Assembly: GCF_001447385.1 (NCBI RefSeq)
Contig: NZ_LLWQ01000215.1
Coordinates: 137,469-161,468, forward strand
DNA length: 24,000 nucleotides
Direction: 5' to 3'
Origin: Paracoccus sp. MKU1
Lineage (GTDB): Bacteria; Pseudomonadota; Alphaproteobacteria; Rhodobacterales; Rhodobacteraceae
Below the pieces are notes generated by a model. The model was not told the origin of the DNA. It did no database searches and saw nothing but the letters and a program-made list of their open reading frames with translations. The position numbers and the translations under genes were made by a program. Each line of letters opens with the position of its first letter. Within the stretch, counting starts at the first letter, position 1. This document shows positions 16,259 through 24,000 of this stretch, piece after piece.

Positions 16259-16302
16259 TGGCGAGGCGCCGGAGGAGGCGCCTACACCCGGAGGAGAATC
16301 AC

Positions 16303-18675
16303 ATGTCCAGGTCCCTGCTTGGCCGCCTGTTGCTGTCGGCCGGCCTTTCCGCCCTCGTTGCCTGCCCGGCGCTGGCCGACACCCAGGTCGAGATCATCCG
16401 CGACGACTGGGGCGTGCCGCATGTCTATGCCGACGACGTGCATGGGCTTTACGCGGGCTTCGGCTACAGCGTCGCGCAGGACCGGCTGTTCCAGATGGAG
16501 ATGGCGCGGCGCTCGGTCCTGGGCGAGGTGGCCGAGGTGCTGGGCATCGAGCGGCTGCCCTTCGACATCCAGACCCGGGCCATGTTCGACCATGCCGAGA
16601 TCCGCAGCCAGATCGAGGCGCTGGCCCCGGAAGAGCGCGACATCCTGCGCGGCTATGCGGCGGGCTTCAACCTGTGGGTGGACCGGGTTCTGGCCGAACC
16701 GGCTGAGCTGATGCCCAGGCAGTTCAACGATTTCGGCTTCAAGCCCCGGCGCTGGACCGAGTTCGACGTGGCGATGATCTATGTCGGGACCATGGCCGGC
16801 CGCTTTTCGGGCTACAGCTCCGAACTGGGCAATGCCAAGACGCTGGCCGAACTCGAGGCGCAACTCGGCCCTGAAAAGGCGCGCGCACTTTTCGACCAGA
16901 TGTTCTGGAACGAGGACCCGCTGGCCCCGACCACCGTGCCCGAGGGCGAGCAATACCAGCGCAAGGCCGGGCTGGCCCCGCCTTCGGCCAGCCGCTTCGC
17001 CGAATTGCTGCACGCCGGCGAGTTGCCCGGCGACGACGACCGCCCGCGCGCCAGCAACCTGTGGATCGCCGGGCCGCAAAAGACCACCGATGGCAGCACC
17101 ATCCTGATCAACGGGCCGCAATTCGGCAATTTCAACCCGTCCTATGTCTTCAGCATCGGGCTGCACGGCGCGGGGTTCGACCTGACCGGCAACACGCCCT
17201 TTGCCGTGCCCAACGTCCTGTTCGGCACCAACGGCACCATCGCCTGGGGCGCCACCGCCGGGCCGCGCGACGTGAACGACTATTACCGGCTGGAGCTGAA
17301 CCCCGAGAACCCGCGCCAATACCGCGCCGGCGACGGCTGGAAGGAGATGACGGCGCGCCGCGAGACCTTCCGCGTCAAGGGCCAGCCCGAGGTCGAAACC
17401 ACGGTCTGGGAAAGCGATTACGGCGTGGTCGGCCAGATCGATCCCGAGGCGGCGACCGCCTATGCCTTCAACCGCGCCTGGGACGGGCAGGAGATCTCGA
17501 CGCTCATGGCCTGGGTGAACTCGACCAAGGCGCAGAATTACGAGGAATGGCTGGACCAGGCGGAAAAGGTCGCGACGACGATCAACTGGTATTACGCCGA
17601 CCGGGACGGCAACATCGGCTATGTCTCGCCCGGCCATGTCCCCCTCCGCGCCGAAGGCCACGACCAGCGGCTTCCGGCCCAGCCGGGCAAGGACGACTGG
17701 CAGGGCGTGCGGCCCTTTGCCGATGCGCCCAAGGCCTATAACCCCAGCCAGGGCTGGATCGCGAACTGGAACAACCGCTCGGCCAAGGGCGATGCCGCGA
17801 ATTTCGAGGCCACGCCCTGGGGCAGCGCCGACCGGGTGGTCGAGATCACCGCGCGGCTCGACGCCAAGGACAAGCTGACCCCCGAGGAGATCTGGGACAT
17901 CAACCGCGAGATCAGCTTTCTCGACATCAACGCGCGCTATTTCCTGCCCTTCATCCTTGATGCGGCCGAGGGCATCGACCCGCAAAGCCAGCGCGCCGAA
18001 CTGGTCGAGATCCTGCGCAACTGGGACGGGCAGCAGATCCGGGGCGAGGACGGCCGCGCGAGCTCCCCGGCGGTGGGGCTGTTCCAGACCTGGCTGGACG
18101 TGATGGTCGAGGACGTGCTGCGCGACGACAGCCCGGCGATCCCGCCGGCGATCCTGTACAACCGCATCTCGCGCGCCGCGCAAATGCTGCACAACGCGCT
18201 GCTGGGCGAGCGGGCCGGCGTGCCGCAGACCCATGATTTCTTCAACGGCGCCGATGAGGCGGGCCGCAAGGAGATCATCCTGGCCTCGCTGGACAAGGCC
18301 GCCGCGCGGCTGGCCGACAGGTTCGGCAGCCAGGAGCCCGCCGACTGGCGCATCGAGATCAAGCAGCATGTGTTCGAGACCAGCAACTACCTGGGCATCC
18401 CGCAGGCCGGCGAGGACGAGACGCGCGCCATCGGCACCGCGATGAACCGCGGCACCGAGAACAACCGGATCACCTTCCGCGACGGCAAGGCCGAGTTCTG
18501 CGCCGTGACCCCGCCGGGCCAAAGCGGGTTCATCGGCCCCTCGGGCGAGGCGTCGCCGCATTACGAGGACCAGCTGGCGCTTTACCAGAACTTCGATTGC
18601 CGCCCGCAGGCGCTGACCCGCGACGAGGTCGAGGCCGCGGCCGTGTCGCGCGAAACCATCGCCGTTCCGCGCTGA
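16303..18675 (+). CDS. pac: Penicillin G acylase (penicillin amidase, S45 Ntn-hydrolase) precursor, 790 aa
   Basis: Strong by-eye alignment to E. coli PGA along the whole length. Matching blocks include VAQDRLFQMEMARRS, the beta-chain start SNLWIAG (Ser251, codon 17053-17055), NGPQFG, GLHGAGFDLTGNTPFA, INWYYADRDGNIGYV, NRGTEN and PPGQSGFIGPSGEASPHYEDQLALYQNF. Signal peptide MSRSLLGRLLLSAGLSALVACPALA. A GGAGGAG SD lies upstream of the ATG at 16303. Confidence 0.95.
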   Translation: MSRSLLGRLLLSAGLSALVACPALADTQVEIIRDDWGVPHVYADDVHGLYAGFGYSVAQDRLFQMEMARRSVLGEVAEVLGIERLPFDIQTRAMFDHAEIRSQIEALAPEERDILRGYAAGFNLWVDRVLAEPAELMPRQFNDFGFKPRRWTEFDVAMIYVGTMAGRFSGYSSELGNAKTLAELEAQLGPEKARALFDQMFWNEDPLAPTTVPEGEQYQRKAGLAPPSASRFAELLHAGELPGDDDRPRASNLWIAGPQKTTDGSTILINGPQFGNFNPSYVFSIGLHGAGFDLTGNTPFAVPNVLFGTNGTIAWGATAGPRDVNDYYRLELNPENPRQYRAGDGWKEMTARRETFRVKGQPEVETTVWESDYGVVGQIDPEAATAYAFNRAWDGQEISTLMAWVNSTKAQNYEEWLDQAEKVATTINWYYADRDGNIGYVSPGHVPLRAEGHDQRLPAQPGKDDWQGVRPFADAPKAYNPSQGWIANWNNRSAKGDAANFEATPWGSADRVVEITARLDAKDKLTPEEIWDINREISFLDINARYFLPFILDAAEGIDPQSQRAELVEILRNWDGQQIRGEDGRASSPAVGLFQTWLDVMVEDVLRDDSPAIPPAILYNRISRAAQMLHNALLGERAGVPQTHDFFNGADEAGRKEIILASLDKAAARLADRFGSQEPADWRIEIKQHVFETSNYLGIPQAGEDETRAIGTAMNRGTENNRITFRDGKAEFCAVTPPGQSGFIGPSGEASPHYEDQLALYQNFDCRPQALTRDEVEAAAVSRETIAVPR

Positions 18676-18681
18676 GGTTCG

Positions 18682-18707
18682 GCCGGCCATCGCGACAGGT
18701 GGCCGGC
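18682..18707 (+). terminator. Hairpin downstream of the acylase gene
   Basis: GCCGGCCA-N10-TGGCCGGC begins 7 nt after the stop at 18675. No U-tract, so termination efficiency is uncertain. Confidence 0.4.
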
Positions 18708-18792
18708 ATCCGCATCCGAGGCAGGGGCAAGCCGCATTGCGCATGGCCGCTTTCCCGGCTTCTATGGCAGCGGTGGCGGATGGCGAGGAAAC

Positions 18793-19647
18793 ATGCAGCA
18801 GGGCGGAATGGCCGAGCGCGGGCTGCTCGACGGAATATTGCAGGGGATGGCGCTGCGTTCGGCCGCGTTCATCGTCACCGTCTATGGCGATGTGGTCGTG
18901 CCGCGCGGCGGCGTGTTGTGGACCGGCACGCTGATCGAGGTTTGCGAGCGGGTCGGCATCAGCGAATCGCTGGTGCGCACCGCCGTCTCGCGCCTGGTCG
19001 CCGCCCACCGGCTGCGCGGCGAGCGGCTGGGGCGGCGCAGCTATTACCGGCTGGACGCCTCGGCCCAGCGGGAATTCGACCAGGCGGCGGGACTGCTCTA
19101 CAAGGCCGAGGTGCCGGCGCAGGGCTGGCAGATCCTGCACGCCCCGGAGCTTGCCGAGGACGAGGCCCGCCACCAGCGCATGGGCCATATGGGCGGGGCG
19201 GTCTTCATCCGGCCCGACCGCGGCCAGCCGGTGCCCGAGGGCGCGCTGGTTTTCCACGCCTCGGACCCGCCCGAGCTGGGCCGGATCGGGCAGTTCTGGG
19301 ATCTCTCGGCGCTGCATCAGCGTTATCTCGACATGCTGGCGCGCTTTGCGCCGCTGGCCGAGGCGGGCGCGGCGCTGTCGGACGAGATGGCGCTGATCGC
19401 CCGGCTGCTCTTGGTGCATGACTATCGCGGCGTCCTGCTGCGCGATCCGCGCCTGCCGCAGGCGGCCCTGCCGCCGGATTGGAGGGGGCATGAGGCGCGG
19501 GCGCTGTTCCGCCGCCTCTATCGGCAGCTTTCCCCGGCGGCGGAACGCTGGATCGGGGCGCATTTCGAGGGCAGCGCCGGCTTCCTGCCCGAGAAAACCG
19601 CCGAAAGCGAGACGAGGCTGGCCGATCTGTCCGGGACAACGACTTGA
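18793..19647 (+). CDS. paaX: Phenylacetic acid degradation operon negative regulator PaaX (284 aa; start could be the ATG at 18808)
   Basis: Aligns by eye to E. coli PaaX (SAAFIVTVYGD...PRGG.LW.G.LI......G.SE..VRTAVSRL......L...R.GRRSYY.L, and C-terminal LL.HDYR.VLL.DP.LP...LP..W.G). Both ATGs have weak SD context. Confidence 0.9.
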   Translation: MQQGGMAERGLLDGILQGMALRSAAFIVTVYGDVVVPRGGVLWTGTLIEVCERVGISESLVRTAVSRLVAAHRLRGERLGRRSYYRLDASAQREFDQAAGLLYKAEVPAQGWQILHAPELAEDEARHQRMGHMGGAVFIRPDRGQPVPEGALVFHASDPPELGRIGQFWDLSALHQRYLDMLARFAPLAEAGAALSDEMALIARLLLVHDYRGVLLRDPRLPQAALPPDWRGHEARALFRRLYRQLSPAAERWIGAHFEGSAGFLPEKTAESETRLADLSGTTT

Positions 19648-19670
19648 AATAGTAAGACTATCTTGCGCAT

Positions 19671-19722
19671 CCTAAAACATCACAAGGCAGGCGAAGTTTT
19701 TTCTTTCTTTGTGATGTTTAGG
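19671..19722. promoter_or_regulatory. Long-spaced inverted repeat in the AT-rich paaX-paaJ intergenic region (candidate operator)
   Basis: CCTAAAACATCACAA (19671-19685) and TTGTGATGTTTAGG (19709-19722) are reverse complements apart from a 1-nt indel. They are separated by a 23-nt T-rich spacer, and the right arm ends 11 nt before a TTGACC -35-like hexamer. Confidence 0.45.
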
Positions 19723-19732
19723 AATGTATAAG

Positions 19733-19761
19733 TTGACCAACCGGTCGGTGAATTGGAGAAT
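19733..19761 (+). promoter_or_regulatory. Candidate sigma-70-type promoter of paaJ-paaABCDE
   Basis: TTGACC (19733-19738), a 17-nt spacer, then GAGAAT (19756-19761). This is 31 nt upstream of the paaJ ATG. The spacer contains the palindromic ACCG-GT-CGGT. Confidence 0.35.
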
Positions 19762-19791
19762 CACCCGCCGTTGCCAAAAAGGGGAGAGAGC

Positions 19792-20997
19792 ATGCAGGAC
19801 GCCTTCATCTGTGATGCGGTGCGCACGCCGATCGGTCGCTATGGCGGGGCGCTGGCCTCGGTCCGGGCGGATGACCTGGCCGCGGTGCCGCTGAAAGCGT
19901 TGATGGAGCGCAATCCGCGCGTGGACTGGTCGGCGGTCGACGACCTGATCTATGGCTGCGCCAACCAGGCGGGCGAGGACAACCGCAATGTCGGCCGCAT
20001 GGCGGTGCTGTTGGCCGGGATGCCGGTGGGCGTGCCGGCGACCACGGTGAACCGGCTTTGCGGCTCGGGCATGGATGCGGTCGGCATGGCGGCCCGCGCC
20101 ATCAAGGCGGGCGATTGCGATTTCGTCATTGCCGGCGGCGTCGAAAGCATGACTCGCGCCCCCTTCGTGATGCCCAAGGCGGAAACCGTCTTTTCCCGCG
20201 CCAATGCGGTCTATGACACCACCATCGGTTGGCGCTTCGTCAATCCGGCGATGAAGGCGCAGTTCGGCATCGACTCGATGCCGCAGACCGCCGACAACGT
20301 GGCCGCCGATTTCAACATCAGCCGCGCCGACCAGGACGCTTTCGCCGCCCGCAGCCAGGCCCGCTGGGAAGCCGCGCAGAAGGCCGGGGTCTTTGCCGAC
20401 GAGATCGTGCCCGTCACCGTCCCGCAGAAAAAGGGCGAGCTCGTCGTGGTCGATACCGACGAGCATCCGCGCCCCGGCACCACGGCCGAGACGCTGGCCA
20501 AGCTCAGGGGCGTGAACGGTCCCGACCTGACGGTGACGGCCGGCAATGCCTCGGGCGTCAATGACGGCGCTGCGGCGCTGGCGATCCTGTCGGGCGCGGC
20601 GGCGGAACAGCACGGGCTGGTGCCCAAGGCGCGCATCGTCGCCATGGCGGCGGCGGGGGTCGAGCCGCGCATCATGGGCATCGGCCCGGCGCCGGCGGCG
20701 AAAAAAGTGCTGGCGCGCGCAGGGATGACCATCGAGCAGATGGATGTGATAGAATTGAACGAGGCCTTCGCCAGTCAGGCGCTGGCGACGCTGCGCGATC
20801 TTGGTTTGCCCGATGATGCCGCCCATGTGAATCCGAACGGCGGCGCCATCGCGATCGGCCATCCGCTTGGCATGTCGGGGGCCCGGCTTGTGACGACGGC
20901 GATGTATCAGCTGCATCGCACCGGCGGGCGCTATGCGCTCTGTACCATGTGCATCGGTGTGGGACAGGGGATCGCCATCATCATCGAACGCGTTTGA
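19792..20997 (+). CDS. paaJ: 3-oxoadipyl-CoA/3-oxo-5,6-dehydrosuberyl-CoA thiolase (401 aa)
   Basis: [34 protein letters not shown].. is nearly colinear with E. coli PaaJ ([34 protein letters not shown]). Has thiolase motifs NRLCGSG and [20 protein letters not shown], and ends [28 protein letters not shown] lies upstream. Confidence 0.95.
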   Translation: MQDAFICDAVRTPIGRYGGALASVRADDLAAVPLKALMERNPRVDWSAVDDLIYGCANQAGEDNRNVGRMAVLLAGMPVGVPATTVNRLCGSGMDAVGMAARAIKAGDCDFVIAGGVESMTRAPFVMPKAETVFSRANAVYDTTIGWRFVNPAMKAQFGIDSMPQTADNVAADFNISRADQDAFAARSQARWEAAQKAGVFADEIVPVTVPQKKGELVVVDTDEHPRPGTTAETLAKLRGVNGPDLTVTAGNASGVNDGAAALAILSGAAAEQHGLVPKARIVAMAAAGVEPRIMGIGPAPAAKKVLARAGMTIEQMDVIELNEAFASQALATLRDLGLPDDAAHVNPNGGAIAIGHPLGMSGARLVTTAMYQLHRTGGRYALCTMCIGVGQGIAIIIERV

Positions 20998-21016
20998 TCC
21001 AGGGGAGGATCCAGCC

Positions 21017-22006
21017 ATGTATGCCCAGCTTGTGAAATCCGAAGGCACCAAGACCCGCGAGGAGATGACGCCCGAGGAGCTTGCCTTCCAGGAGCGCATC
21101 GACCGCGGCGAGAAGATCGAGCCCAAGGAATGGATGCCCGAGGGCTATCGCAAGACGCTGATCCGCCAGATCGGCCAGCATGCCCATAGCGAGATCGTCG
21201 GCCAGCTGCCCGAGGGCAACTGGATCACCCGCGCCCCCACGCTGGAGCGCAAGGCGATCCTGCTGGCCAAGGTGCAGGACGAGGCCGGGCACGGGCTCTA
21301 TCTCTATTCGGCGGCCGAGACGCTGGGCGTCTCGCGCGATGAGCTGATGGAACTGCTGCACGCCGGCAAGATGAAATATTCCTCGATCTTCAACTATCCG
21401 ACGCTGACCTGGGCCGATATGGGCGCGGTGGGCTGGCTGGTCGATGGCGCGGCGATCATGAACCAGGTGCCGCTGCAACGCACCAGCTACGGTCCCTATT
21501 CCCGCGCCATGATCCGCATCTGCAAGGAGGAATCGTTCCACCAGCGCCAGGGCTATGCCATCATGATGAAGATGGCGCAGGGCACGCCGGCGCAGAAGCG
21601 CATGGCACAGGATGCGCTGAACCGGCTCTGGTATCCGGCGCTGATGATGTTCGGGCCATCCGACAAGGACTCGGTGCATTCCGCGCAGTCCATGGCCTGG
21701 AAGATCAAGATGAACACCAATGACGAGCTGCGGCAGAAATTCGTCGACCAGACCGTGCCGCAGGCGGAATATCTGGGCCTGACCGTCCCCGACCCGAACC
21801 TGAAATGGAACGAGGAAAAGGGCGGCTACGATTTCAGCGAGCCGGACTGGTCGGAATTCTACGACGTGCTGGCCGGCAACGGGCCCTGCAACAAGGACCG
21901 GCTGGGCGCGCGCGTCAAGGCCTGGGAGGACGGCGCCTGGTTCCGAGAGGGGCTGATGGCCCATGCCGAAAAGGCCGCCGCCCGCCGGGCGCAGGCCGCC
22001 GAATAA
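21017..22006 (+). CDS. paaA: 1,2-phenylacetyl-CoA epoxidase subunit A (329 aa)
   Basis: Has the di-iron ligand regions [11 protein letters not shown] and [11 protein letters not shown] typical of PaaA. A GGGGAGGA SD lies upstream. Position is directly before paaB. Confidence 0.95.
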   Translation: MYAQLVKSEGTKTREEMTPEELAFQERIDRGEKIEPKEWMPEGYRKTLIRQIGQHAHSEIVGQLPEGNWITRAPTLERKAILLAKVQDEAGHGLYLYSAAETLGVSRDELMELLHAGKMKYSSIFNYPTLTWADMGAVGWLVDGAAIMNQVPLQRTSYGPYSRAMIRICKEESFHQRQGYAIMMKMAQGTPAQKRMAQDALNRLWYPALMMFGPSDKDSVHSAQSMAWKIKMNTNDELRQKFVDQTVPQAEYLGLTVPDPNLKWNEEKGGYDFSEPDWSEFYDVLAGNGPCNKDRLGARVKAWEDGAWFREGLMAHAEKAAARRAQAAE

Positions 22007-22062
22007 GCCCGCTATCGCCAGGAACACGCGCCAGTCGCAGAACCAAGTTTAGGGAGAGAACC

Positions 22063-22347
22063 ATGTCCAAGGAATGGCCGCTCTGGGAGGTCTTCATCCG
22101 GGGCCAGCACGGGCTGAACCACCGCCATGTCGGCAGCCTGCACGCGCCCGACGCCGAAATGGCGATCATGAACGCCCGCGACGTCTATACCCGCCGCAAC
22201 GAGGGCGTGTCGATCTGGGTGGTGCCCTCGGCGCAGATCACCGCGTCGAGCCCCTCGGACAAGGGGCCGCTGTTCGAGCCGTCGAACAGCAAGGTCTATC
22301 GCCACCCGACCTTTTTCGACATTCCCGAAGAAGTGGGGCATATGTGA
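22063..22347 (+). CDS. paaB: 1,2-phenylacetyl-CoA epoxidase subunit B (94 aa)
   Basis: MSKEWPLWEVFIRGQHGLNHRHVGSLHAPD...SKVYRHPTFFDIPEEVGHM matches E. coli PaaB almost block for block. An AGGGAGAG SD lies upstream. Confidence 0.95.
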   Translation: MSKEWPLWEVFIRGQHGLNHRHVGSLHAPDAEMAIMNARDVYTRRNEGVSIWVVPSAQITASSPSDKGPLFEPSNSKVYRHPTFFDIPEEVGHM

Positions 22348-23201
22348 TGCCGTCGCTGCCCGACATGAACACACCCGAGGTGGCGGACCTGGCCCGGCGC
22401 GAGGCCGATGCCCATCCCGCCCATCCGACCGTGCCCCAGCCCGATGCCGGGCAGGAGGCGCTGTTCGAAACCCTGCTGCGCATCGGCGACTCGACGCTGA
22501 TCCTGGGCCATCGCGTGTCCGAATGGTGCGGCCATTCGCCGGCGCTGGAAGAGGATATCGCGCTGGCCAACGTGGCGCTGGACCTGATCGGCCAGACCCA
22601 GCTGTGGCTGGGCTTGGCCGGCGAGGTCGAGGGGCAGGGCCGCTCGGCCGACGACCTGGCCTATCTGCGCGACGCCTGGGACTTCCGCAACCTGCTGATC
22701 TGCGAGCGTCCGAACGGCGATTTCGGCCATACCCTGATGCGGCAGTTCCTGTTCGACGCCTGGCACCACGAGTTGCTGAAGGGGCTGGCGGCTTCGTCGG
22801 ACCCGCGCGTGGCCGAGATTGCGGCCAAGGCCGGCAAGGAGGTCGCCTATCACCTGGAACGCTCGTCCGACCTGGTGGTGCGGCTGGGCGACGGGACCGA
22901 GGAAAGCCATCGCCGGATGCAGGAGGCGCTGGACGCGCTCTGGCCCTATACGGGCGAGATGTTCCTGGGCGACGACAAGGATGCCGATATGGCGGCACGC
23001 GGTATCGCCCCCGATCCGGCCAGCCTGCGCGCCGGCTGGGACGAGACCCTGCGTCATGTGCTGACCGAGGCCACCTTGCAGATCCCCGAGGGCGATTTCG
23101 CGCATAAGGGCGGCAAGCAGGGCATCCATACCGAACACTTGGGCTATATCCTGGCCGAGATGCAGTTCCTGCAACGCGCCTATCCGGGCGCAAGCTGGTA
23201 A
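22347..23201 (+). CDS. paaC: 1,2-phenylacetyl-CoA epoxidase subunit C (284 aa)
   Basis: Matching blocks include LRIGDSTLILGHRVSEWCGHSPALEEDIALANVALDLIGQ and GIHTEHLGYILAEMQFLQRAYPG, as in E. coli PaaC. The ATG overlaps the paaB TGA (TGATG). The start could be a few codons downstream. Confidence 0.92.
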   Translation: MPSLPDMNTPEVADLARREADAHPAHPTVPQPDAGQEALFETLLRIGDSTLILGHRVSEWCGHSPALEEDIALANVALDLIGQTQLWLGLAGEVEGQGRSADDLAYLRDAWDFRNLLICERPNGDFGHTLMRQFLFDAWHHELLKGLAASSDPRVAEIAAKAGKEVAYHLERSSDLVVRLGDGTEESHRRMQEALDALWPYTGEMFLGDDKDADMAARGIAPDPASLRAGWDETLRHVLTEATLQIPEGDFAHKGGKQGIHTEHLGYILAEMQFLQRAYPGASW

Positions 23202-23207
23202 AGCGCC

Positions 23208-23729
23208 ATGGCCGCTGCGACCCATCCCAGCGTCGAGGAGGTCTGGGGCTGGCTTTCGGAGGTGCCCGACCCGGAAATCCCGGTGATCAGCCTGACCGAT
23301 CTGGGCATCATCCGCGGCGTCGAATGGCAGGGCGACACGCTGGTCGTCAGGGTCACGCCGACCTATTCCGGCTGTCCCGCGACCAGCATCATCAACCTGG
23401 ACATCGAGACCGCGCTGCGCGGTCGCGGCATCGAAAAGCTGCGGCTGGAACGCCAGATGTCGCCGCCCTGGACCACCGACTGGATAACGCCGGAGGGGCG
23501 GGAAAAGCTGCGCGCCTATGGCATCGCGCCGCCCGTGGACGGCACGGCGGCGGACGGGGTGCTGGCCGGGCGCATCGCCCGGATGACCGGCGCGAACCTG
23601 ACCATCGCCTGCCCGCGCTGCGGCTCGACCCATACCGAAAAGATCAGCCAGTTCGGCTCGACCCCCTGCAAGGCGAATTATCGCTGCAAGGACTGTCTGG
23701 AACCCTTCGACTATTTCAAATGCCTGTAA
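23208..23729 (+). CDS. paaD: Phenylacetate-CoA oxygenase subunit PaaD (173 aa)
   Basis: VPDPEIPVISLTDLGIIR, TPTYSGCPAT and the C-terminal CPRCGS...FGSTPCKANYRCKDCLEPFDYFKCL match PaaD. Confidence 0.93.
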   Translation: MAAATHPSVEEVWGWLSEVPDPEIPVISLTDLGIIRGVEWQGDTLVVRVTPTYSGCPATSIINLDIETALRGRGIEKLRLERQMSPPWTTDWITPEGREKLRAYGIAPPVDGTAADGVLAGRIARMTGANLTIACPRCGSTHTEKISQFGSTPCKANYRCKDCLEPFDYFKCL

Positions 23730-23760
23730 GAAGGCGCCCCGCTTCAGGAAGGATACCCAC

Positions 23761-24000
23761 ATGGCACGCTTCCACCCGCTGAAGGTCACCGACGTGAAGC
23801 GCGAGACGCGCGACGCGGTGGTCGTCACCCTTGCGCCCCGCGACGAGGACCGCGCGCTGTTCGACTTTACCCAAGGCCAATACCTGACCTTTCGCCGCGA
23901 CTTCGACGGCGAGGAGCTGCGCCGCTCTTATTCGATCTGCGCCGGCAAGGACGAGGGCATGCTGCGCGTCGGCATCAAGCGCGTCGATGGCGGGGCTTTC
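23761..24000 (+). CDS. paaE: Phenylacetate-CoA oxygenase reductase subunit PaaE (first 80 codons; continues beyond window end)
   Basis: MARFHPLKVTDVKRETRDAVVVTL...GQYLTFRRDFDGEELRRSYSIC matches the FAD-binding N-terminus of E. coli PaaE (..FDGEELRRCYSIC). An AGGAAGGA SD lies upstream. Confidence 0.9.
   Translation, partial: MARFHPLKVTDVKRETRDAVVVTLAPRDEDRALFDFTQGQYLTFRRDFDGEELRRSYSICAGKDEGMLRVGIKRVDGGAF

Noticed and set aside
16258-16302. In-frame upstream ATG giving pac an MARRRRRRLHPEENH extension (a possible Tat-type signal, since E. coli PGA is reported to use Tat)
   Set aside because: There is no SD before the ATG at 16258, while a strong GGAGGAG precedes the ATG at 16303. The Arg run is separated from the hydrophobic core by an acidic or polar stretch, unlike a Tat n-region. 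I kept it only as an alternative to test by N-terminal mapping.
16282-19563. 1093-aa antisense ORF opposite pac and paaX. Similar long ORFs occur at 7610-9823(-), 9901-11472(-), 12446-14731(-), 13696-15984(+), 6158-7345(-), 19672-21126(-) and 22296-23828(-)
   Set aside because: All lie antisense or out of frame to genes with strong family-level similarity. Their translations are low-complexity and R/G/A/P-dominated with no recognisable motifs. They are the usual stop-codon-poor shadow frames of high-GC genomes.
19680-19714. Reading the TCACA / TGTGA elements as a CRP site (E. coli pac is CRP-activated)
   Set aside because: CRP sites are TGTGA-N6-TCACA. Here the order is TCACA-N25-TGTGA, so the geometry does not fit a single CRP dimer.
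19671-19722. The inverted repeat as the intrinsic terminator of paaX
   Set aside because: The stem is AT-rich with a 23-nt loop and is not followed by a U-tract. That makes it a poor intrinsic terminator, so an operator role seems more plausible. Some termination cannot be excluded.

Overview
GC-rich, gene-dense chromosomal segment that looks alphaproteobacterial (possibly Rhodobacterales-like; this is a guess from composition and protein sequences, not a search result). I call 26 CDS. I saw no rRNA, tRNA, CRISPR array, transposase, integrase or defence genes.

Layout:
(1) 1-6037, minus strand: two consecutive Liv-type (branched-chain amino acid family) ABC transporter operons. The first is SBP-LivG-LivF and continues past the window start. 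The second is LivH-LivM-LivG-LivF.
(2) 6323-13723, plus strand: a co-directional cluster diverging from the second transporter. It encodes a Liv-type binding protein, an HpaB-family flavin-dependent oxygenase component, RidA, DUF1028, an M20 (ArgE-like) deacylase and a full-length LysR regulator. The last gene is an unusual fusion of an HpaC-like flavin reductase domain to a LysR effector domain with no DNA-binding domain.
(3) 13753-16074, minus strand: HutD-like protein, a RibF-like FAD synthetase with a degenerate riboflavin kinase half, a 4-TM membrane protein, and a secreted DUF6152-like protein.
(4) 16303-24000, plus strand: a clear penicillin G acylase orthologue, then paaX and paaJ-paaABCD-paaE (phenylacetate catabolism; paaE runs off the window).

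Most interesting:
- The flavin reductase::LysR-effector fusion sits beside its full-length LysR paralogue. It is the only reductase available to the HpaB-family oxygenase.
- The oxygenase/RidA/DUF1028/M20 module has no assignable pathway.
- The pac and paaJ upstream regions share sequence blocks, and there is a long-spaced inverted repeat between paaX and paaJ. These are candidate operators.

All functional calls rest on my own reading of the translated ORFs against remembered family motifs. No database search was run.
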